Shown here piece after piece: positions 1 to 6,752 of a DNA stretch of 63,759 bases. Position 1 is the stretch's first letter, and every line of letters begins with the position of its first letter. The notes under the pieces are model-generated. The model did not search any database, was not told the DNA's origin, and saw only the letters and a list, made by a program, of their open reading frames with translations. The stretch comes from Candidatus Parcubacteria bacterium (GTDB taxonomy: Bacteria > Patescibacteriota > Patescibacteriia > Patescibacteriales > UBA12075). A program made the position numbers and the translations under genes. Location: positions 1 to 63,759 of the forward strand of contig JAGLYP010000028.1 of NCBI GenBank assembly GCA_023132155.1, in the 5' to 3' direction.

Positions 1-690
1 TTGAATTTAAGCGTTTCCCATGACGGAATACATACAATTCCGGCGCGCGGAATTTTAAATAAAAAGCAAATGCGAGAGATCGCTTTGGACTGCGAAAAAA
101 AGAATGGCAAAGTTTTAGAGCGCGATATTGGTGGCGGTGAAACCGAGATATATGAAATGAACATTACTTATCCGAGCGCAATCGGCGAAGTTAATAAATA
201 TTTGGCAAGCCAGTCAATACAGCTGGCATTGCGGGGAGTGCCTTTGATTTATCTTAATAATTTAATCGGAGCGGATAATTGGAGCGAGGGGGTTGAAAAA
301 TTAGGCTATGGCCGCGCGATTAACCGTGAAAAATTTGATTATGATAAATTAACAAAAGAGCTTGACAATGCTGATTCGCGCAAGCATAAAATTTTTAAGG
401 GTTATAAAAAATTATTAAAAGCGCGAAGCAAGGAACCGCTATTCTCGCCTTTGGCAAAACAAAAAATATTGGATTTGGGGCAAAGCGTAATGGCTATTTT
501 GAGGTTTGACAAAAATTCAAATAATTTGCTGGCCATAAGCAATGTTACAAACCGCGCGATAAAAATTGACGCGGGTAAAATCAAAAAGGAGATACAAAAA
601 AACGAGGTAAAAGATATTTTAAGCCAAGAGAAATTAAAATTAGAAGAATATCTGACTTTAAAGCCGTATCAGGTTAGGTGGTTAAAATAA
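1..690 (+). CDS. sugar phosphorylase of the sucrose-phosphorylase family (GH13_18), C-terminal part; 5' end outside window
   Basis: The frame is open to the window edge, so the TTG at position 1 is not a real start. LALRGVPLIYLNNLIGADNW.EGVEKLGYGRAINREKF and the downstream LFSP..KQ..LDLG segment resemble the conserved C-terminal half of sucrose/glucosylglycerate phosphorylases. The family is recalled from memory; no search was run. Confidence 0.65.
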   Translation: MNLSVSHDGIHTIPARGILNKKQMREIALDCEKKNGKVLERDIGGGETEIYEMNITYPSAIGEVNKYLASQSIQLALRGVPLIYLNNLIGADNWSEGVEKLGYGRAINREKFDYDKLTKELDNADSRKHKIFKGYKKLLKARSKEPLFSPLAKQKILDLGQSVMAILRFDKNSNNLLAISNVTNRAIKIDAGKIKKEIQKNEVKDILSQEKLKLEEYLTLKPYQVRWLK

Positions 691-691
691 T

Positions 692-1354
692 TTAATCAAT
701 AATTTTTCTTTTGCGGGTTATTAAATAGTAAACGGACACAATAATAACCGTGGTTATTACGCCCAGTATATCCATGGACAGGTCATTGGCCGTATCCGTT
801 CCCGGGCCCAAACGGTTTGTATGAAAAAAAACATCTTCCAGATATTCCTCTACCTCATAAAGCGCTCCCAAGCTGATTGTTGAAGCAGAGGCAAGAAACA
901 AGGAGAGTTTTAATCGGCCTTCTTTTAAGAGCAGGCTATATTTAAATTTATCAATCCAAAAAGCATTGATTACGGCAAATAAGGTAAAGGCCATGATGGC
1001 GCTTACCGAATAATGGACAGTCTGGTCCCACCAGGATATTTTTTCGTAAAGATGAAAAAAATCACCGGCGGCATCCAAGCTTAGGGCGGTTGTTACTATT
1101 ATCCATATTGACCAATGAAGATAATGCCCCTTTTTTTGCCTGTATTTATAAGCTGTGATTTCCAGCAGCGTTAAAATAGAAATAGAAGTAATTACCAGGC
1201 CCAGCCAGGTAAACTGGGTATTGAATTCCAAGATTTTTAAAAAATTCAGTATTTCAAAAACAATTAAGCCGGCAAATAAAAGACGGGCAAAATTAATTAC
1301 AATTAATGTGTCCCGTTCTTTTTTACTTTTGCTATTGTTGTGAAAAATTTTCAT
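692..1354 (-). CDS. polytopic membrane protein, possibly YjdF/DUF2238-like
   Basis: The 220-aa ORF has about 6 hydrophobic spans. GALYEVEEYLEDVF....LGPGTDTANDLSMDILGV resembles the YjdF-type E..E...G.qGD.wD...D motif. The assignment is weak. Confidence 0.4.
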   Translation of the reverse strand: MKIFHNNSKSKKERDTLIVINFARLLFAGLIVFEILNFLKILEFNTQFTWLGLVITSISILTLLEITAYKYRQKKGHYLHWSIWIIVTTALSLDAAGDFFHLYEKISWWDQTVHYSVSAIMAFTLFAVINAFWIDKFKYSLLLKEGRLKLSLFLASASTISLGALYEVEEYLEDVFFHTNRLGPGTDTANDLSMDILGVITTVIIVSVYYLITRKRKIID

Positions 1355-1461
1355 AAAATTTTAAAAATATTTTATTAAAATCTATTGCCGATTAAGTAGT
1401 TATCGGTTCAATATAATTATTTTAGCATTTTTTGTTATTAGTTTCAAATTAATGCATTCAT

Positions 1462-1501
1462 TTGTCATTCCATGGGCGCGGAGCGCAACCTGGAATCAGG
1501 G
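1462..1501 (+). repeat. solo TGTCAT-type hairpin repeat unit
   Basis: TTTGTCATTCCAtgggcgcggagcgcaaccTGGAATCAGGG carries the TGTCAT outer signature and has ATTCCA/TGGAAT stem potential. It is related to the other TGTCAT...CGA units in this window. Confidence 0.4.
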
Positions 1502-1631
1502 AGAGCGAGAAATAAACAAGCAATAACAGATGAATTCAAGTACATGCACCCCGGATTCCGGATATTTTATTTGCGTTATTTTTATTATTAGTATATAATA
1601 ATACCAGCAATAAGCCAATAATGATAAAAAT

Positions 1632-2426
1632 ATGGTATCAAAAAATACAATTTTAAGCGCTAAAGACAGTAAATTAATAGAAAAAGTCATTATAAAACAT
1701 GGTGATATTGTTGCTGTCGGCAGTATTTTAAAAATATTTCAAAAAGAATATTCACTTCTTGCCGCCCGCAACAGAATACACCAGCTGAAAAAAAGAGGCT
1801 GGTTTGTCCGTGTTAAACAAGGGCTTTATGTTGTTGTTAGCGATATTGCATCAAGATCAACGAGCAATATATCTTTATTTAGAATAGCTCAGACTCTAAA
1901 TAACAAATCTTATGTAAGTTTTGATTACGCGTTAAATTACTATAATATGTTTGACCAATACGCGAAAACGATTACATCAATTACGACAACACGAGCAAAA
2001 AAATATGAATTTCAAGAAATAATTTTTAAGTTTGTTAAAATTAATAAAAATTATTATTTTGGTTTTTCCAAAAAACGAATTGAAGGCAAATTAGTCAACA
2101 TAGCCGATTTGGAAAAAGTTATTATTGATTATCTTTATTTTAATAAAACTTCCTATATTTTAAGCTTGATGCTGGAAAAATTAAAAAATTATAAAAATGA
2201 TTTTGATTTTGAAAAGATGCAAAATTATGCTTCGCGCTGCAACATAACAACACAGCGTAAAATCGGTTTTTTATTGGATGAAATAGGAGTTGATACTAAA
2301 AAATTATATAATAAAGTAAAATCAAACAACAAGGGATATTCTCGTTTTAGCAAAGATTCAAAAAAATTTAACAGTAAATGGCGCGTATATTATGATTATA
2401 GAATTATTAAACAAAAGAGAACTTGA
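1632..2426 (+). CDS. abiEi: type IV toxin-antitoxin AbiEi-family antitoxin / transcriptional regulator
   Basis: The N-terminal wHTH segment RNRIHQLKKRGWFVRVKQGLYVVV matches the AbiEi signature L.kkGwl.r..rGlY. The gene sits directly upstream of, and overlaps, an AbiEii gene. Confidence 0.8.
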   Translation: MVSKNTILSAKDSKLIEKVIIKHGDIVAVGSILKIFQKEYSLLAARNRIHQLKKRGWFVRVKQGLYVVVSDIASRSTSNISLFRIAQTLNNKSYVSFDYALNYYNMFDQYAKTITSITTTRAKKYEFQEIIFKFVKINKNYYFGFSKKRIEGKLVNIADLEKVIIDYLYFNKTSYILSLMLEKLKNYKNDFDFEKMQNYASRCNITTQRKIGFLLDEIGVDTKKLYNKVKSNNKGYSRFSKDSKKFNSKWRVYYDYRIIKQKRT

Positions 2427-3150
2427 AATTTTCAATAAACATTTAAAATATCCTTTGGCTATCGCGGAAAAGGATTATTTTTTAGCGCTTGTGTCTAAAA
2501 TAATTTATAATTCCGTTTTGCGTGAAAAATTAGTATTTAAGGGCGGTACAGCTTTGTATCATGTCTATTTAAAGCAATTGCGGTTTTCCGAAGATTTGGA
2601 TTTTACCGCGGTCAAAAAGCCGGTTATCATTGATGAAATAAAAAAAATATTCGCTCCGTATGATTTTTTGGAAATTAAAAAAGAACATACTTCAAAAGCG
2701 ACAATTAAATTAGAAAGATTAAAGTTCAATGGTCCGCTGGGACAGCCGAATTCTTTAAAAATAGATATTGATTTTATTCAAAATGTTGTTTTACCCCCGG
2801 TGGATATGGAATACAGGAATAATTACGGCGTAAAAACAAAAGTCAGGGTTATGGATATACGCGAAATATGCGCTGAAAAAATCAGGACAATAAGCGATAG
2901 GGCGAGATATAGGGATTTTTATGATTTAACCATGATATTCAGAAATTTCAAAATTCATCCTGAAGAAATCATCAGTTTAATAAAGCAAAAAGAAATTCGC
3001 CGGCCAATTACAAAAAAGTCAATGTTGAAAAATTGGAAAATTGTTAAACAAGACAAACGGAACGGGTTGTCTAGTATTTATTATTCAGAAGAAATAAGCG
3101 ATAATGAAATTCAGCAAATGATAAAGGGGCTAAGGCTGAAAATACATTAA
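2392..3150 (+). CDS. abiEii: AbiEii/AbiGii-family nucleotidyltransferase toxin
   Basis: FKGGTALYHVYLKQLRFSEDLDFT is the hallmark KGGTAL...RFSEDiDf motif. The ATG at 2392 overlaps the abiEi 3' end by 35 nt. Confidence 0.85.
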   Translation: MIIELLNKRELEIFNKHLKYPLAIAEKDYFLALVSKIIYNSVLREKLVFKGGTALYHVYLKQLRFSEDLDFTAVKKPVIIDEIKKIFAPYDFLEIKKEHTSKATIKLERLKFNGPLGQPNSLKIDIDFIQNVVLPPVDMEYRNNYGVKTKVRVMDIREICAEKIRTISDRARYRDFYDLTMIFRNFKIHPEEIISLIKQKEIRRPITKKSMLKNWKIVKQDKRNGLSSIYYSEEISDNEIQQMIKGLRLKIH

Positions 3151-3166
3151 AAAATTTTATCATAAT

Positions 3167-3198
3167 CCGTAGAGACGCATTGCAATGCGTCTTTACGG
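3167..3198 (+). terminator. GC-rich palindromic hairpin after abiEii (terminator/REP-like)
   Basis: CCGTAGAGACGCATTGCAATGCGTCTTTACGG forms a 14-15 bp stem with one mismatch. There is no clear T-run. Confidence 0.45.
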
Positions 3199-3441
3199 AA
3201 TGCGTTTATGTGAAATATGTTTTTATAAAAAATGCTAAAGATAACCAATGGCCATATTTTTTTATAAACAGTGAGTTTTTTTATTTAAGTGAATAATATC
3301 TAATTTTTAGATATATTTTATAAAAATTTCATAATTATTTTATAATAATTTTATTTATTTGCAACAAAAATTAGTATTTGTCAAATTTTTGTAAATTTTT
3401 AGTTTTTTTCTATTTTTAGCTATTTTTAGCTATTTTTTTTA

Positions 3442-3470
3442 TTGACAAATTTGTTTTTATATGCTAGATT
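3442..3470 (+). promoter_or_regulatory. sigma-70-like promoter (TTGACA-17-TAGATT)
   Basis: TTGACA lies at 3442-3447 and TAGATT at 3465-3470, separated by a 17-nt spacer. An A/T-rich region with CTATTTTTAG direct repeats lies upstream. Confidence 0.5.
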
Positions 3471-3477
3471 TTAAATG

Positions 3478-3560
3478 CAAGTTATGCCCAAAGGGCACTA
3501 ACAGTAGTCGGGAATACGCCCCAAAGGAAGTGCCCTTGGGGTATTCAAATTCCTTGACTA
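3478..3560 (+). promoter_or_regulatory. conserved structured leader element, copy 1 (long form)
   Basis: CAAGTTATGCCCAAAGGGCACTAACAGTAGTCGGGAATacgccccaaaggaagtgcccttggggtATTCAAATTCCTTGACTA recurs at 24651-24752 and, reverse-complemented, at 40797-40852. It lies between a promoter and the GT2 start codon. Confidence 0.6.
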
Positions 3561-3592
3561 TAAATTAAAAAATAATTATAAGTAAAAATAAT

Positions 3593-4525
3593 ATGTATTT
3601 ATCAGTAGTTGTTCCAATACTTGACGAGGAGGGTTCTGTTTTGGATTTATATAATGATATAATTCTTTCTTGTGCAAAGATAGAAAAAGAATTTGAAATT
3701 ATTTTTGTTAATGACGGTTCAAACGATAGAACCTTGGAAATAATAAAAAAACTAAAGCCTCTTAAAATTATAAGTTTTAGAAAAAATTTCGGGCAGACAG
3801 CGGCAATGGACGCGGGTATTAAGCACGCCCAAGGCAAATATATTGTTACTATGGACGGCGATGGACAAAATGATCCTGCGGATATTCCAAAATTGATTGA
3901 GAAATTGGAATCAGGCGGACTTGATGTCGTGTCGGGCTGGAGAAAAAACAGAAAAGATAATTTTTTAAAGAAATTTTCATCAAAGTGCGCGGCCGCTTTA
4001 AGGCGAGTATTGATTAATGACGGCATCCATGACAGCGGCTGCTCTTTAAAGGTTTATAAAAAAGAATGTTTTGAGTGCGTTGATCTTTACGGCGAGATGC
4101 ATCGCTTTATTCCGGCAGTGTTGAAGATAAAGGGCTTTAAAATAGGGGAAGTTGTAGTCAATCATAATCCGCGAACTACTGGCAAGACAAAGTATAACTG
4201 GAAAAGGGGAGTTAAGGGCATTCTTGATATGTTCGCGGTTTGGTTTTGGAAAAAATATTCAAATCGTCCGCTTCATTTTTTCGGCGGCCTGGGCATTCTT
4301 TTAATGTTTGTTTCCGTTGTTTCCGGCGTTTGGGCGGTTTATAAAAAGTTTTTTTTAAACGTTGATTTATCCGATACTTCTTTAACGATTTTAAGCATGG
4401 GCGGTTTTTTTATGGGAGTTTTATTTTTCGTTTTCGGCCTTTTGTCTGATATTCTTTCAAAAATTTATTATTCATCAGGCATAGACAAGCCGTATCATAT
4501 AAAGGAGATTATTAACAACGATTAA
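3593..4525 (+). CDS. GT2 polyprenyl-phosphate glycosyltransferase (GtrB/ArnC/Dpm1-like)
   Basis: VVPILDEE...FVNDGSNDRT...FRKNFGQTAAMDAGIKHAQGKYIVTMDGDGQNDPADIPKLI, followed by two C-terminal TM helices, is the classic GtrB-type architecture. Confidence 0.85.
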   Translation: MYLSVVVPILDEEGSVLDLYNDIILSCAKIEKEFEIIFVNDGSNDRTLEIIKKLKPLKIISFRKNFGQTAAMDAGIKHAQGKYIVTMDGDGQNDPADIPKLIEKLESGGLDVVSGWRKNRKDNFLKKFSSKCAAALRRVLINDGIHDSGCSLKVYKKECFECVDLYGEMHRFIPAVLKIKGFKIGEVVVNHNPRTTGKTKYNWKRGVKGILDMFAVWFWKKYSNRPLHFFGGLGILLMFVSVVSGVWAVYKKFFLNVDLSDTSLTILSMGGFFMGVLFFVFGLLSDILSKIYYSSGIDKPYHIKEIINND

Positions 4526-4531
4526 ATAGAA

Positions 4532-4568
4532 ATACAGAGGCATCTCTGTAGTTTCAATTTTATGAAAA
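4532..4568 (+). repeat. 37-nt direct repeat copy A (contains the hairpin TACAGAGgcatCTCTGTA and an orphan ATGAAAA)
   Basis: It matches 4778-4814 at 35 of 37 positions. The hairpin directly follows the GT2 stop codon and probably acts as its terminator. Confidence 0.6.
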
Positions 4569-4582
4569 AAGCACACTTCTTC

Positions 4583-4717
4583 TTTTGTCATTCCCGACAC
4601 ACCCAATCTCGCCCTCTTTTTTGTCATTCTCTACACATCTTTGCCCCGCTCACTTTTGTCATTCCCGACACTCCCAGCCTCGCAGAGAAGTTATATTAAA
4701 TGATCGGGAATCTCTTT
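4583..4717 (+). repeat. cluster of three TGTCAT-type repeat units (MITE-like)
   Basis: The units are TTGTCATTCCCGACACacccaatctcgccctc, TTGTCATTCTCTACACatctttgccccgctcac, and the full unit TTTTGTCATTCCCGACACTCCCAGCCTCGCAGAGAAGTTATATTAAATGATCGGGAATCTC. The full unit has an ATTCCCGA/TCGGGAAT stem. Confidence 0.65.
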
Positions 4718-4777
4718 AAAAGGCACAACTGATAAATAACCAATAAAGACGAAAAAAGAATATACTAAAATATTAAT

Positions 4778-4814
4778 ATACAGAGCTATCTCTGTAGTTT
4801 CAATTTTATGAAAA
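4778..4814 (+). repeat. 37-nt direct repeat copy B (overlaps the start of the AbrB-like gene)
   Basis: See copy A at 4532-4568. Confidence 0.6.
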
Positions 4815-4984
4815 CACACAAAAGAAACATAAGAAAACTCGCCAAGGTCGGCGGCGGCTCTACTTACGCAATTACTTTGCCGATTGATGGCGTGCGGGAA
4901 TTAGGTTGGCAGGAAAAGCAAAAATTGGTTGTTGAGCTTGATAAGAGGCGGAAGAGGTTTATTATTAAAGATTGGGAGAGATAA
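4808..4984 (+). CDS. small AbrB/MazE/SpoVT-fold DNA-binding protein (58 aa, below the ORF-track cutoff)
   Basis: Hand translation gives MKTHKRNIRKLAKVGGGSTYAITLPIDGVRELGWQEKQKLVVELDKRRKRFIIKDWER. The pattern g.gS..itLP...vrelgw..g..l.v is the looped-hinge SpoVT/AbrB signature. The TAA stop lies at 4982-4984. Confidence 0.6.
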   Translation: MKTHKRNIRKLAKVGGGSTYAITLPIDGVRELGWQEKQKLVVELDKRRKRFIIKDWER

Positions 4985-4985
4985 T

Positions 4986-6455
4986 ATGAAAAATGAAAAA
5001 ATAATATTGTTAATAATACTTGCTGTATTCGTTTTTCTGCCAATTACGGCTGATGCCAGAAGCGGCTGCTGTTCTTGGCATGGGGGCGTTTGCGGCTGTA
5101 GCTGTTGTGATGGCACGCCGCTTTCCGCAACATGCGCTCCGTATTATCCGTGGTGTTCCGGAGGTTCTTCTTATTCTTCTCCGTCTTATTCTTCTCCGTC
5201 TTACAGTACGCCGTCTTGTCCGTCTAATTCATCATATAGTTATTTAAGCAAAAGCTGTAAGTGTAATAGCGGATATGTCGCAAATACCGGCGGGAGCGGG
5301 TGCATATCCGGAAATTCTTATTGTCGTGATAAATACGGGTGGAATTCAAGCTATAATAGCTTGAATAGCAATTGCGAATGCAATTATGGGTATATTTTAA
5401 GCGGTGGAAAATGTATTTCTAACGATGATTATTGCGAAGACCTTTACGGATGGAATTCCAGCTATAATATTTTATATGATAATTGTAAATGTGATTATGG
5501 ATATGAATTAAAATATGGAAGTTGTACAAAAAAAGTTGATACATCATATCAATACAGCGATATTGATTATGATAAAATATCAGAATTACTCAAAGAATAC
5601 AAAACTGAAAGTAATTGTCCTATAAATTCTAGTGTTGGTAGTGATGATAAGTGTTATTGTAATGACGGATATAAAATAAATAGTAATAAAGACGGTTGTG
5701 TTAGAATATTATGTTCCACTCACTCAAAATTAATAGGAAATGAATGTATATGTGATGAGGGATATATAAAAAACGGATTATTTTGCATTACTCATACTGA
5801 AAATTGCAAGAAATCATTTGGCGATAATGTTGTTGGCGTTCAAGACGACAGCGATTCATCTTGTTATTGTTCGGATGGGTATGAGTGGAATCATGATAAA
5901 ACTAATTGCGTGAAAATTTCTTGCCAAATAAAATATGGGTTATACAGTGTTTTAAAAAATAATCAATGCGTTTGTTTGGACGGATATATTTTAAGCGGTG
6001 GAAAATGTATTTCTGAAGAAAATAAAATAGATAATTTTATTAAAAAAGAAAAAGAATTAATAAAAGAGATTGATTTAAAATTATCCGAAAGATTAAAAGG
6101 AAAAATATTATTGCAGGTAGAAAAGAACGGAGAGGCTTGGTATGTAAGTCCAAAGGACAGAAAAAGATATTATATGGCTAATGGAGAAGAAGCATACAAT
6201 ATTATGAGGGATTTGGGTGTCGGTATTACAAATAAGGATTTAGAAAATTTATTATTAGAGAATGAAATGGCTAAAAAGCATAGCGGTAAAATATTTTTAA
6301 AGGTTGAAGATATGGGTCAGGCATATTATATTGATTTTGACGGTTCAGCTTATTATTTAAAAAACGGAGATGAGGCGTATAATATTATGAGGGATTTGGG
6401 AATGGGTATTACAAATAGTGATATAAGGAAAATTGAAATGTCGGATATTTTGTAG
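4986..6455 (+). CDS. secreted cysteine-rich modular protein with two C-terminal repeat domains
   Basis: The start is set at ATG 4986, preceded by GGGAGAG, which yields the signal peptide MKNEKIILLIILAVFVFLPITADA. The mature protein begins with a CCSWHGGVCGCSCCDGTPLSATC motif. It continues with about 10 modules of the form C.C..GY.....C, then two copies of GEAWYV.P.D.KRYYM.NG.EAYNIMRDLG.GITN.D. Confidence 0.7.
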   Translation: MKNEKIILLIILAVFVFLPITADARSGCCSWHGGVCGCSCCDGTPLSATCAPYYPWCSGGSSYSSPSYSSPSYSTPSCPSNSSYSYLSKSCKCNSGYVANTGGSGCISGNSYCRDKYGWNSSYNSLNSNCECNYGYILSGGKCISNDDYCEDLYGWNSSYNILYDNCKCDYGYELKYGSCTKKVDTSYQYSDIDYDKISELLKEYKTESNCPINSSVGSDDKCYCNDGYKINSNKDGCVRILCSTHSKLIGNECICDEGYIKNGLFCITHTENCKKSFGDNVVGVQDDSDSSCYCSDGYEWNHDKTNCVKISCQIKYGLYSVLKNNQCVCLDGYILSGGKCISEENKIDNFIKKEKELIKEIDLKLSERLKGKILLQVEKNGEAWYVSPKDRKRYYMANGEEAYNIMRDLGVGITNKDLENLLLENEMAKKHSGKIFLKVEDMGQAYYIDFDGSAYYLKNGDEAYNIMRDLGMGITNSDIRKIEMSDIL

Positions 6456-6475
6456 GAACGCGCCGCGGCGCGTTC
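6456..6475 (+). terminator. perfect 20-nt GC palindrome (terminator/REP-like)
   Basis: GAACGCGCCGCGGCGCGTTC lies immediately after the stop codon at 6453-6455. Confidence 0.45.
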
Positions 6476-6650
6476 TTGATAAAAAGGAAACGGTTTATTA
6501 TTAAAGATTGGAAGAAGTAATCATTAATCAAAGTTCTTAGAGTTCGTAGTGCAATTATGTTTGTCAAAAAAACGACCCTCCTTGTTTTCGCGATAGTTTT
6601 TTTGCACTACGAATTTTGTGAATTTTATTATTAAAGATTTTAGGAAAAAA

Positions 6651-6749
6651 ATGAAAAATATTTTTGTTTTGAATTATGAATTTTCGCCACTGGGTGGAGG
6701 TGCTGGTAACGCGGCGTATTATTTGTTGAAAGAGTTTTTTAAAGAATAA
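6651..6749 (+). pseudogene. N-terminal fragment (32 codons) of a GT4-type glycosyltransferase
   Basis: MKNIFVLNYEFSPLGGGAGNAAYYLLKEFFKE* matches a typical GT4 N-terminus (..PP.GGg.....La..L) and then stops. Nothing continues it in any frame. Confidence 0.55.
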
Positions 6750-6752
6750 AAG

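Noticed and set aside
3551-3592. TTGACT at the 3' end of the leader element acting as a -35 box (TTGACT-17-TATAAG at copy 1, TTGACT-17-TATAAA at the clpB copy), which would give near-leaderless mRNAs
   Set aside because: This cannot be fully excluded. In copy 2, however, the ATG lies only 13 nt after TTGACT, so no -10 box fits. All three copies also have a better promoter immediately upstream of the element. I therefore kept the leader-RNA interpretation as primary.
4583-4717. Regularly spaced TGTCAT repeats considered as a possible CRISPR array, together with the array at 47433-47500
   Set aside because: There are only 3 units, the repeats are degenerate and differ in length, the 'spacers' are part of the repeat consensus, and no cas genes are present. 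They fit the dispersed hairpin-element family instead.
5020-5247. A 75-aa alternative-frame ORF inside the cysteine-rich protein gene
   Set aside because: It is embedded in a longer ORF that has a clear signal peptide and repeat logic. The local GC-rich Ser/Pro/Cys codons keep a second frame open.
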